Shown piece after piece: positions 12,527 through 23,200 of a DNA stretch of 64,000 nt. The stretch's first letter is position 1; each line of letters starts with the position of its first letter. Origin of the DNA: Azolla caroliniana (taxonomy: Eukaryota; Plantae; Polypodiophyta); NCBI GenBank assembly GCA_043228905.1, contig JBHGNT010000005.1, positions 4,464,001-4,528,000 of the forward strand. The letters are read 5' to 3'. The notes beneath the pieces are model-generated. The model had not been told where the DNA came from. It worked only from the letters and a program-made list of their open reading frames with translations, and did not search any database. The translations under genes were made by a program, and so were the position numbers.

Positions 12527-15500
12527 GTTCTTGTTAAAAGAGGGTGGTGGTCTTGCAAAAACTAGTGGAGCTCTTCAGTGCAAAGACCATTACAACAAGA
12601 GAATGTAGTTAATAAAGGGGTGGGGACGAAGAAGAGGAAGAGAGAGTGAGAAAAAAGGGAGTGGGGAGGATTTGATTTGTGTAGTAAATGTGATATAATA
12701 GGAGGTGGTGATGAGAGAGAGAGAGAGAGGGAGGGATGAGTGTAATGATGGGTATAAGAGTGAGGGGGGAGTTCTTAATGTGATGAAAAAGGGTTTTAGG
12801 ATGGCGATATAATATGAAGTGGGGGATTTGGGTGGATTTTTTGAAAACTTAGTCTTAACCATGAGGGCATGTATGGACTTAGATTTTGTCAAACATATGA
12901 GGGGGCGTGAGATGCTAGCAAGCTCGGGATCTAGCACTAAGTCAGTATAGAGTTTTTTTAGAAAACTATGAATGCCTAAGTTTGGGGTATTTTTGGTGTA
13001 TCTAAGTTTAAAGATTGTAGGGTTAAGGGAGTTAGTAGTTTTGGGTTGATATAGGACTGTTTTTCTAAGATTAAAGGGTATTTTCCTATAGCTTTTTAGT
13101 ATGAAGGAAGGGGGGTAACCACGTTTAACTAGTCTATTGAAAAAGAGTTTTTTCATTTGGTAGCAACCTAATTGTTGGGTTCTTGTTTGAATCACAAACA
13201 CTTTCCCACTTTAGGGTTATGAGAGTATTTATAGACGGGGGAAATAACCCCCTAAAGAGGGAAAAAATGCCCTTGTTGTCCTAAGTGTGTTCACACACAT
13301 CACTGTCCTAAATGTGTTCACACATCACTATCCTAAGTGTGTTCACACACATCACTATCCTAAGTGTGTTCACACAGCACTGTCGTAAGTGTGTTCACAC
13401 ACATCACTACCGAAATATGTCAACAAATCCCCCTTGGGAGTGATGTGGTGAACAAGGAGCTGGCACTCATGGCTAAGCAAGTGCAAGCTACGTGGATAGA
13501 GATCAATCCACAAATGCAAGTAGGTCTAAAGCTTTGCGGAAAACTTCAAACTTCTCCCTAGGCAGAGCCTTTGTGAAGAGGTCTGCAATGTTCTCTTGCA
13601 TGGGCACATAAGCCAAAGTGATCTCTCTAGCAAAGAACCTTTCCCTGACATAGTGATAATGCACCTCAATGTGCTTAGTGCAAGCATGGAACACAGGGTT
13701 CCTCGCAACTGCCATTGCGCTTTGACTGTCAGTGAAGATGGAGGTTGCAGAAGACTGACCAACACCCAAATCAGCTAAAAGGCGCCTGGGCCACACACAC
13801 TTAACGGTAGCTGTGAAAGCTGCCCTATACTCAGCCTCACAACTAGAAGTGGCCACAATAGGTTGCTTCTTGCTCAACCAAGATATGCATGAGTTACCAA
13901 GCATGAAACAAAAACCACTTGTGGACACACGAGTGCCATAAAAACCAGCCCAATCAGAGTCGGAAAAAGCATGCAGGTCTGGCGGTAGTGATCCTCCCTT
14001 GGGATAAAACAATCCAAGTGACCAGGTACCACTCAAGTAGCGAAAGATGCGCTTAACTGCCTGCCAATGCGTAACTCCTGGGCAATGCATTAACCTGCTC
14101 ATCTGAGAGACAGAAAACTGAATATCAGGTCAGGTTATGCATAAGTAAATCAAGCATCCAACTGCCTGCTGATAGAGAATAACATCAAATGCATCTCCAG
14201 CATCATGAAGGCTCAAATGTAAACCTGTCTCCATGGGAGTGGCAATAGGTTTACAGTTTTCAAGGCCAAAACGCTGCAATAATGTGTCAATGTATTTCGA
14301 TTTACACAAAGCTATTCCACCATCAACTTGCATAAATTGAATGCCCAAATAATGATGCAAATGCCCCAAATCTGACATCTCAAAAGAGGCATGCAAATCA
14401 GCCTTAAAGTCAGCAATATGCTTCTCATTGGGACTAGTGAGCAACATATCATCGGCATACACAACCATGATCAGAAATACATCATCAGCACGCTTAACAT
14501 ATAAGGTGCTTTCAGTTGGACTATTCTCAAACCCAAATGCAATCAAATAGGCTTGTATCTTTTCATACCAAGAACGTGGTGCTTGCTTCAAGCCATATAA
14601 TGCCTTTCTCAACCTACACACTTTGTGTTCATGCCCTTTTTGCACAAAACCACGGGGCTGAGATGCATACACTTCCTCATGAAGATCACCATTTAGAAAT
14701 GTTGTTTTAATGTCCAACTGATGTACATTCCAACCACGATGAGCTGCAATTGCGCATATGCTACGAACAGTAGTCATACGGCAGGTGGGAGCAAAGGTCT
14801 CATCAAAATCAAGGCCTTTTTCTTGGGCATAACCTTTTGCAACAAGCCTAGCCTTCTACCTGTCAACTGTTCCATCAGGTTTGCGCTTTAGCTTGTATAC
14901 CCACTTAGTGCCAATAGCCTTCTTGCCAGGAGGCAAGTCACATAAAGACCATGTACCAGTCTTCAGGAGGCAAGTCACATAAAGACCATGTACCAGTCTT
15001 CATAATAGCATCATATTCTGATTGCATAGCAGCCATCGAATTTTCTGAATTTTGTGCTTCATCAAAAGAAACAGGCTCATTCTCATCACAAAGACTAGAG
15101 GCAGCCATAACATAACAATCTGATGCAAAAGCGTGAGAGCATCTTGCCAAATATGGTCACTTATTTTTGACCTGGAAGAAGCATTCACAACCTTTTCTAA
15201 GCAACATAATTGAGATGCGGTGTCTTACACCGCAATGATTTCTGGATGTGGAAACTTGGAAGAAACATTCACTGTCTTTTCTAAGCAACATAATCGAGAT
15301 GTGGTGTCTTACAACGCAATGATTTATGGGTATGTGCAGAATAATAAAGGTTTTTCAGCTTTGAAACCTTTGAGCAACAAATATGTGTAGTTGGTTGACC
15401 TTATTGATAGCATGTAGATGCTTTGGCAATATAGATAGGGGGAAATTGTGCTCGAATGAAGCTTTTTGAAATTGGATCCTGATACAATAGTAGGATATGC

Positions 15501-18500
15501 ACTGATGTCAAGCATGTATGCTGAAAGTCACATAGTGGAGGTTGTATATCTCCTAATCATCTCTCATTTTGGTAAAATAAGTGGACTGTATTTTGTAGAT
15601 GATATGCGTTTTAAAACTAATGGAAGGATATCTTGTTTAGAAAAAAACAATCTGATGCAAAAGAAACACTATGATAACCTGAGCGAGTACGGTATGACAA
15701 AGGAAAATCCAATTTGCTGTTTTGCAAAGTCTGCAACAGCCATTTAGGCACAGTCTTTGCCTCCTCTATATCAGCCCTCTCATTAATAAGTGCATCATGT
15801 AAGTCTGCATCAGAAATAGAATGATCTACATCATTATGAGTAGCTTCCAAAGGCTGAGAAGGTGCCTCAAGTGGGCCAACACTTAACTGTCCACTTGTAA
15901 AAAGAGGCAACAAAGTGTCTTACACATCTTTGGAGCTAACTGATGTCTCCTTAGTACATGAAAGAAGTGGCTGAATTGCATCCTCCACAAAAACAACATC
16001 ACGACTAACCAGAATGCGTTTAGATTGTGGATGATACAGACGATAGCCTTTACTTTCAGAATTGTATCCTACAAAGATACATTTCGCTGCTTTATCATCC
16101 AATTTTTTTTGCGTTGTTGTTTAGGCACTAATGCATATGCCAAACAACCAAAAACATGCAGATTAGCAACAAATGGCTTTTGGCCATGCCAAGCCTCATA
16201 TGGAGTGATAGAGTGCATTGCTTTAGTGGGACACCTGTTAAGTACACATGCACCACACATGACAGCCTCAAGCCAGAAACTATGCGGTAAAGCCTGACTT
16301 TTGACCATACACCTCGCCATTTCCATGAGTGGCCTGTTCTTTCTTTTAGCAACTTTATTCTGTTGAGGTGTATACGGCACTGTACACTGATGTTTTATCC
16401 CACATTCAGCCTGAAATGCATTAAACTCAGAAGACATATACTTCCCACCTTGATCAGAACGGAGGGTGCCCATTTTACATGCTGACAGATTTTCAGCCAA
16501 AGCTAGAAACTGTTTGAAGCACAAAAACACTTCGGACTTTGCCTTCAATGGATATACCCAAGCATGCCTAGAAAAATCATCAATGAAAGTCACGAAGTAA
16601 AGATAGTTCCCAAGAGAATGTGTCTGCATAAGACCACAAACATTACTATGAACAAGTTGCAATTTTTGCGTAGCTCTAACTGAACCAACTTTTGGAAAAG
16701 ATGAACGCTGCATTTTGCCCAAAATACAGCCTTCACAAACATGATTACGAGGTGCCTCAAGTTTGGGCAAGGAGGACATCATTTCAGATTTTTGCAAGTG
16801 AAGCAAACTTGCAAAATTCAGATGACCAAAGCGTGTATGCCAAATCTTTGCATCTGAAATAGCCTGAGAATCTTGTATTGCACATGCTGAATCATTTATA
16901 GATCTTTCATAATCTACGAGCTTATACAACCCATGACATAAAACGCCAAAAGCAATAATAACATCGCCATTGAACAGATCATGAATTGTACACCTGTCAT
17001 CAACAAATTTAACAACCAACCCAATCTTGGCTAATGCTGAAACTGACAACAAATTTTTTCTTGATCCTTGGCACAAATAAAGCATCTGACAAGGTGAAAG
17101 AACTACCATCAGTAGTAGTCAAAATGATCTTACCAACTCCCATAACTGGATAAGATGAGTTGTTGGCGCATGTGACAGTATTCCCTATAGGGGTGGGCTC
17201 CAATGAAGTGAAGAAATTGTGCTGCGAGGTAATATGTTTGGTTGCCCCACTATCAAAGTACCAAACATTTGATTCTACATTGTTCAAATGAAGATGGGTC
17301 AAAACTGCAAACAATAGTAAATGCCCATTCTTCATTCTGCACAAGATTTGCAGACTCTGTTTTCGGTGTAGAGACTTCTGCAACAGTGAGTCCTGCCTCT
17401 TTTGCAACCAATTTTGGACAGTTCTTTATAATATGATAAGTTCCTTTACAGTATTTGCAAAACAGTTTTTGTTTCTTCTCTTGTTTTTTTCATTCACTTG
17501 TGAAGTATTAGCAAATCTCTGCTTGCTAGTAGATGAGTTCCATTTACCATTGCCCTTCTAACTAGCTAGGAAAGCTTGATTTTCAACACGCATAACAGAC
17601 CTGTTTTGCGTAGACTGATCTTCATGTAACAAAACAGAAACTAACTCCTCAAATTATAAGGCATTGGGATTACCTTTCATCATTAAACAAAGAGTAGAAG
17701 CAAAACTCTGATATGAATTAGGAAGACCATTTTGAGGTCTGCACAAGTGAACTATCTGGTATCATTTCATCAACATAAATCAATTGTTCCTTTAAATCTT
17801 TGATTTTTGTGAGAAAACGTCACCTTCGTTCATGTGCTCACTCTCCAACCGTTTTCGGAGATAAGCAACATGAGCCTAATTTCTTGCCTGGTACAAAGTG
17901 GTAAGAGTATCCCAAGCATCCTTTGCTGTCTTGCAAGAGCGAATATGGGAAATAATGGCACGTTTCACAGACAAAGCTATCAAAGCATGTGCCTGAGCAT
18001 CTCTGCCATCCCAATGAAGTTGCTCTGCATTTGGTACAATAGAAATTGCATCATGAGCATGAGTAGGATGATCAACATCCTCAACATAATCAGTACCATT
18101 AGCGTTTGTGTTCACAACAACAGGACGTTTTTCAACCCCTTGAACCACATTCCACAACCCTTTTGCTACTAATACGTGGTGCATCATATAAGCCCAAAGA
18201 GGGTAATTTGTTCCATCCAATTTATCGTTGACAGCAAGCTTCCGAAATACATCATTTCTCTCAACCATGGCCATTGACTGAATGCACTTTGATGCAGAAA
18301 ATGGACTGCTGAATGAATAAAAAGGAATAACGTACCTCTTTGACTTAGAAGATGAACCAATGAAGAGAAAAGGAAGCAAATCTGATTTCTGTGTAGTAAC
18401 TGCAAAGAAAACATGCAGAAATTTGTTTTGCAACAGCAGAAAAACGCCACCACAGATTGTGTACACAGAATGCGGATGGAGGCCGTCACCTTGTTGTTCA

Positions 18501-19327
18501 CTTGTTTTGCTGCTCAAACGTCACTTAGTTGCTCTGATACCACTGTTGGGTTCTTGTTTTGAATCACAAAAAACTTCCCCACTTTCGGGTTACGAGAGTA
18601 TATATAGACAGGGGGAAAAACTTCCCCACTTTCGGGTTGCTCTATTTCAGGCGTGCAGTGACATGCCTAAATAAATTTAATACATATGGCAGACCAAAAA
18701 AATGGAGTGGATGTCTAATGTATAAGATTATATCCAATTATGAGAATGACCTAAATCTGTATTCATCTTTCAATCTAGCTTCGGGTTTTAACTAGCCAAT
18801 AAAATGTTCAATTCACAAATAAGGGTATATATGTTACTAAAATATGCGTATGTATTTAAAAATTCATATTTTATTATCAAAATAATCGATGTATATGCTT
18901 TGTTGAAAATTAACATCATATTTAAAACTTATGTATATGTGAGCTTCCAAAGCATAATTTACAATAATGAAGTGTTTGGGGGGTAATCATTTTGAGGGAT
19001 AGGCTTATTTGTGGACACATTTTCTCCTTAAAATGACTTCTCAATTAAGTTTAATTAGTGAATGTAATGCTTGATTTGCAAAATACGCAATATTGCCTCA
19101 ACCATAGGTTTTATTACAAGCTAAACTACATCGACCGAATCGAGTTTTTGTGGGACCACATAAAGAAAGGTGAAGTGGAGGTTCCGGATTTTGTCTTTGA
19201 CCATGATAAAGAACTTGAACATAGGCCTTTGATGGATTATTGGATAGATTCGGATCCAATCCATGTGTACAATAATTCATCTTCTGGTGTCCGTGTTGCT
19301 CGCGAATCAGCGAATTGGGTTCCTTGA
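7982..19327 (+). CDS. CRAL-TRIO/BCH-domain (GDAP2-like, Sec14-related) protein, 3 exons, ~203 aa
   Basis: Exons 7982-8108, 11980-12244 and 19108-19327, GT-AG junctions in phases 1 and 2. Motifs DKRGRRIIRIVGKYLP, FCIVYFHT...DNCPG...LQVVYFVHPGL and KLNYIDRIEFLWDHIKKGEVEVPDFVFDHDKELEHRPLMDY are typical of plant CRAL_TRIO_2/GDAP2-like proteins. Confidence 0.9.
8774..9030. repeat. Three diverged ~75-95-bp tandem repeats in intron 1
   Basis: aagagtgtgaagttagatatggctccttgtggacattgtgagaaaa...acaaatttgt recurs at ~8784, 8879 and 8949. Confidence 0.8.
9990..10402 (+). mobile_element. Degenerate non-LTR (RTE/L1-like) reverse transcriptase fragment in intron 1
   Basis: GFPTSWTEHNVVPIFKTGDPMMLRNNRSIIIG...AELYA and YSCVVDFQKAFDTIP match LINE RT motifs (VPIFKxGD...NYR; FVDFxKAFD), with stops and frameshifts. 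Confidence 0.8.
12458..12523. repeat. (GA)n microsatellite
   Basis: About 33 uninterrupted GA units. Confidence 0.95.
12524..13172 (-). mobile_element. 5'-truncated Penelope-like element (PLE) 3' end
   Basis: ORF 12590-13201 contains LFFNRLVKRGYPPSFI...R..L...P.IFKLRY...LVLDPEL...PLICLTKSKSIHALMVKTKF, which resembles the post-RT thumb/linker of PLEs (RL..RGYP ... D..L ... L.LV). It is followed by a hammerhead-like remnant and the microsatellite. Confidence 0.7.
12548..12589 (-). ncRNA. Degenerate type-I hammerhead-ribozyme-like motif (probably inactive)
   Basis: Minus strand TGGTCTTTGCA-CTGAAGAG-CTCC-ACTAGTTTT-TGCAAGACCA. Stem I arms are complementary, the CUGANGA core and a palindromic mini stem III are present, but the stem II 3' strand and GAAA are missing. 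Confidence 0.4.
13277..13407. repeat. Five tandem repeats alternating 27/25 bp in the U3 of the Copia A 3' LTR
   Basis: tgtcctaagtgtgttcacacacatcac-type units start at 13277, 13304, 13329, 13356 and 13381. Confidence 0.9.
15132..15645 (+). pseudogene. PLS-class PPR / E-domain gene fragment inserted into Copia A
   Basis: DLEEAFTTFSKQHN*DAVSYTAMISGCGNLEETFTVFSKQHNRDVVSYNAMIYGY and WLTLLIACRCFGNIDRGKLC...KLDPDTIVGYALMSSMYA. Flanked by the 18-bp direct repeat aacaatctgatgcaaaag (15114-15131, 15646-15663), with an A-run at 15641-15647. Confidence 0.8.
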
Positions 19328-22069
19328 CAAGGGATGTGTAGGTAATAAGGATTGCCCAATTTGGAAGGAAACCTGGCATTGTGAATGATAACGTCATACT
19401 GAAGAAACAATGTCTGGTTCATCCTTAGAAACTAGCTAGCACCAGAGAAGATCATGCGGTGATGGTCTTGGGCAGTGCTGAACTTTACAAAGTATGAATG
19501 TAGTGTCAACAAATGGATTGATGTGTCGGTGATGTCATCAGGCCCCTCTTTTCTCTCAATCAATTCTAGGGTTTTGGACCGATTTCTTGAATTAAGAGCA
19601 TGCTGTACTTAATATCGTATCCAGATGAGAACCTGTTGAGTTTGGTATTTCAGATGGAACGCCCAATGGGATTGCTTGATTAACTGCATATTATTAAGTA
19701 GAGTTAATTTGCACTTGAAAGTTACTTGTTTCCTACTGGGAAACTTATATTTCATGATGATTCTTTTACCAGAAATATACTAACATTTCTGTGACTATTA
19801 GCTCAGCTTTCTTATAATCTGAAATCTTAAATGTACATTATAAAAAAAGCAGTTAGCATTGTATATATTATCATCCATAAGCTCAACCCTGATTGATCGA
19901 TCATTTTAACAATATCAAACTGAAAAGATAACACACACACCCCTACCTTTCAGCTCTTGGAAGCAGCCATTCATCAGCTATTCTTTGCCTACATGCATGA
20001 TGTGATATTGAAATGTCTTAGCCATAATTGTAAATAGCCATGGATGGTAGTAATGTTGGCAATTGTTGTTGTGGCAAAGTTCATTGCCCTTTTAGTTAAT
20101 GTGAATATCATTGTCAAATTAAAAACTCAGTTTCACAAGGTTGTAAAGTAAAGAACACATTATACCATTGGATAAAAATTGCTTAAAACATAATGTAAAA
20201 TACCACCATTTCAAAGAACTGTGATTGGACAACATGCAATTTAAATGATGGAAACAATTAATTTTAAGTCAAGTTTTTCCTAATGATCATGATCCATTGC
20301 ATATACCTCTAAATGCAGTATATCAAGTGAAGAATGCCTAGTCACACCAAAGGATACACTTAGCTTAACCATATTTACATCGTTAACCCAAGTCATTTAC
20401 ATTCTACAAAAGACACTAAAAGAGGGAACGTCAATGTAATCTATCTTTCTCAATTATCATATTTGTGCTTGCAAAATGGTTAACAATCATGCATTTCATT
20501 GAGTTATTGTGTAAATAGGGAACCTATAGTTGCAATTGTGTATGAAAATTAGATGGATGCCCATAAACTCTTTGAGCTTGATGATGATAATGATTTATTA
20601 TGAATTGTATAAATAGAAAGAGAGAAGGTTTAAAATCACATATTTTTATTTCAAATGTTAATTCCCGATTATACTCGATTCTTGTCTAGTACACTACCAA
20701 AAGGTTTCCACACAAATATGCCATTTTATTTATTGGTTGCAAAGATTTGATGAAATGATATATTATAGCTTATAAGTCATACACGTAAAGAGAAAATAGC
20801 TCACATCATACTTTTTTATTTCAAATATAAATTCCTGAATAGACTTAGAGTTTTGACATGTACACTAACAAAAACTTAATCCCAAGAAATGTGGCATTTT
20901 ATCAAGTTGGATGCAAAGACAATAGTGGATGTCATGACTCCAATGCATGTGCACTTCAACCTTAATGGCTTTTGAACATTATACCCATACCTTTAAAATC
21001 TCCACAATTCATTAAAGCTGCTATTATTGTCGTTACAATGTCCATGCTTCATTAAAGTTTATGCCAATAATTTTATCTAGTAAGTCTTATATTGTTTGTG
21101 CTTCACACAAGTGGGTAGCATTAACATCATTTTATCTTGTTATAGCTACGTCTTTATAACATCCATGCTACGTTTAATTTGATACCATTTACACAAATTT
21201 GTCTTGTTATAGCGTAGTCTCATCCTAGTCATATCTATTAAAGTTGATACCGTTAACAATGAAGCACTAATATATGCACTTATATATGTAGAGCAATACG
21301 TTTAGCTACAACTTATATGCTAGTTGAAGTGTCAACACAACACATGCATAACCTGTGGATAGAACTATGTATTTATGAAACACTACTATTTCAACATAGC
21401 ACAAAGAATATCAAGTATAATTGATTGGGCCATTATATGCAACAAACAATAACAACAAAGTATTTGGATGTTTGCAATTGTGAGATAAGGTTGCTTGGAC
21501 CAAGCTAAATGCAAACTTTGATGTTTTTTTCGTCTTGACTTTCATATAATTTTAGTTTGTTTCATACATCATGAGACGAATTTAAGAGAATCTCACATGC
21601 ATCAAGTGGCAAAATTATGTATTCATATTCCCATGGCCTCAAGTGGAGAATTTATAAATCATAAATTATAATGTCAGAAATGTGGTTATTCATGATTTCG
21701 TGTCCGTGCATGGATTAACCACCGTGTTCCATTAGGTAGTCATTTTATAACTACGTTATGTACACTTACAAACTTAACCCACTTCAAACTAAATGTTTTT
21801 GTTGTCCTAGAGTTTATACTACATTCTCCACTTTATTAACCCTTGCACTTTCATCTTTGGCCATGTGTAGCCAACATGTCTAGACATGTCTTGGTTCTTT
21901 AAAGTATATCCTTATAGATAATGGCCATTGCATTAAGTTTGTAATTGCTTCAACAGATTTGCACTTTGCTCATACGAATTAATATCGTCACCACAAATCT
22001 AATGCCTTAATCTAACATAATGAGGAAGCCTAAGTAAAGTTGGATATTTGATCTCAAATCTTGTGATTT

Positions 22070-23200
22070 CTTTTTCTTTTTTCCAAAAAAAAGATACTAA
22101 ATTAGTATTAGAAAATGTTGTAAGGCTATACATACAAGATAAACCTAGAAAACATTGTAAGGCTATACATACAAGATAAACCACATATCCCTTTTTTTTA
22201 AAATTCTACCCGTCAACTTAAATAAATACTTTGGTGCCGAGTAAAACCACTCCACCTTATTAGGCAATCGTCTATAAAATATACCTATGTCCCAGATGGC
22301 ATGAAACTCCAATCGTTTAAGCTCCGCTTGTTGCGTATTACCCTTTATACTATCCAACAAACCTCTGATATTATGCACAATCTCTGTCCAAATCCCGTAA
22401 ATGATTTGGGTAGGTCTTTCAATCACATTTTGAAATACCTTCAAACATCAAGCCTTCCAAATATACCAAATTGAAATACTACTTACCAATTGCCATGGTT
22501 GAGGTTTATCTGTCTCTATTTGTAGATTCAAAGGTATCACTTTTTTTTCCATCAAACCATGTCTCATCACAATAGCATCTGCAACCTCCTCTTGTTCATA
22601 TACCATAGGTTTATCTTGTACTACCGCCCATAATACCACTCCCCATGTATACATTGCTAGAGGATATACTGGTATTAATAATGTTATGATTCGTTTCCAT
22701 ATGTCTATAACAAAACCAGAACTCCACAAACAATGCTTAGCAATCTCCACTAGATCCATACAGAAAGGGCACATCTTGTCTACATTCCCTTTTCGTCACC
22801 CATTAATTGGTATAGCTTTATGAACCAACAACGAACGGAAACAAACAATTTTTCTGCCCATTTTTATATCCCACAACCATTTCCAAAATTGTTTGAGATG
22901 TTGTGGAGAAAGTCCATTTCGTCTCCAAATGGCATTCGTAAATGACTCTTTCCATGATGTAGTACCTAATATTTTCTTATCATTCTTCACAGAATATTGA
23001 TAAAAGGCACATTTTATCTGATCTTGAACCCACACCTTCCAATATAGTTTTCAAGGATCCCAAGATAATCTAGATATTGGTCTCCTTTCCATAATCCATA
23101 TTTCCACAATGCATCAATAGAACCAATAACACATTGCTCAACTATATACTATAAAAATCTACACTTCTTTCCTTGGACATAAGAAAAGACAAATTAAAAT
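22070..23200 (-). mobile_element. 5'-truncated L1-type LINE (zf-RVT and C-terminus, A-tail)
   Basis: ORF pieces FWKWLWDIKMGRKIVCFRSLLVHKAIP, CPFC...AKHCLWS and SIWYIWKA. The 3' UTR/tail ttctaatactaatttagtatcttttttttggaaaaaa matches the 1647-2020 copy. 5' boundary approximate. Confidence 0.85.

Larger units (their letters stand above)
13173..18663 (-). mobile_element. Ty1/Copia LTR retrotransposon A (decayed) in intron 2, antisense to the host gene
   Basis: 3' LTR 13173-13425 (TG...CA), PPT 13426-13435, PBS tRNA-iMet (TGGTATCAGAGC) 18531-18542, partial/rearranged 5' LTR from 18544 (right end approximate). Frameshifted gag (17876-18517), protease WYFDSGATKH, integrase (16069-17109), RT (14130-14777, YADDML) and RNase H (13503-14102, FSDSDWA...EAEY). 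Confidence 0.95.

Noticed and set aside
13277-13407. CRISPR-like 25-27-bp repeats
   Set aside because: Head-to-tail with no spacers, and inside a Copia LTR.
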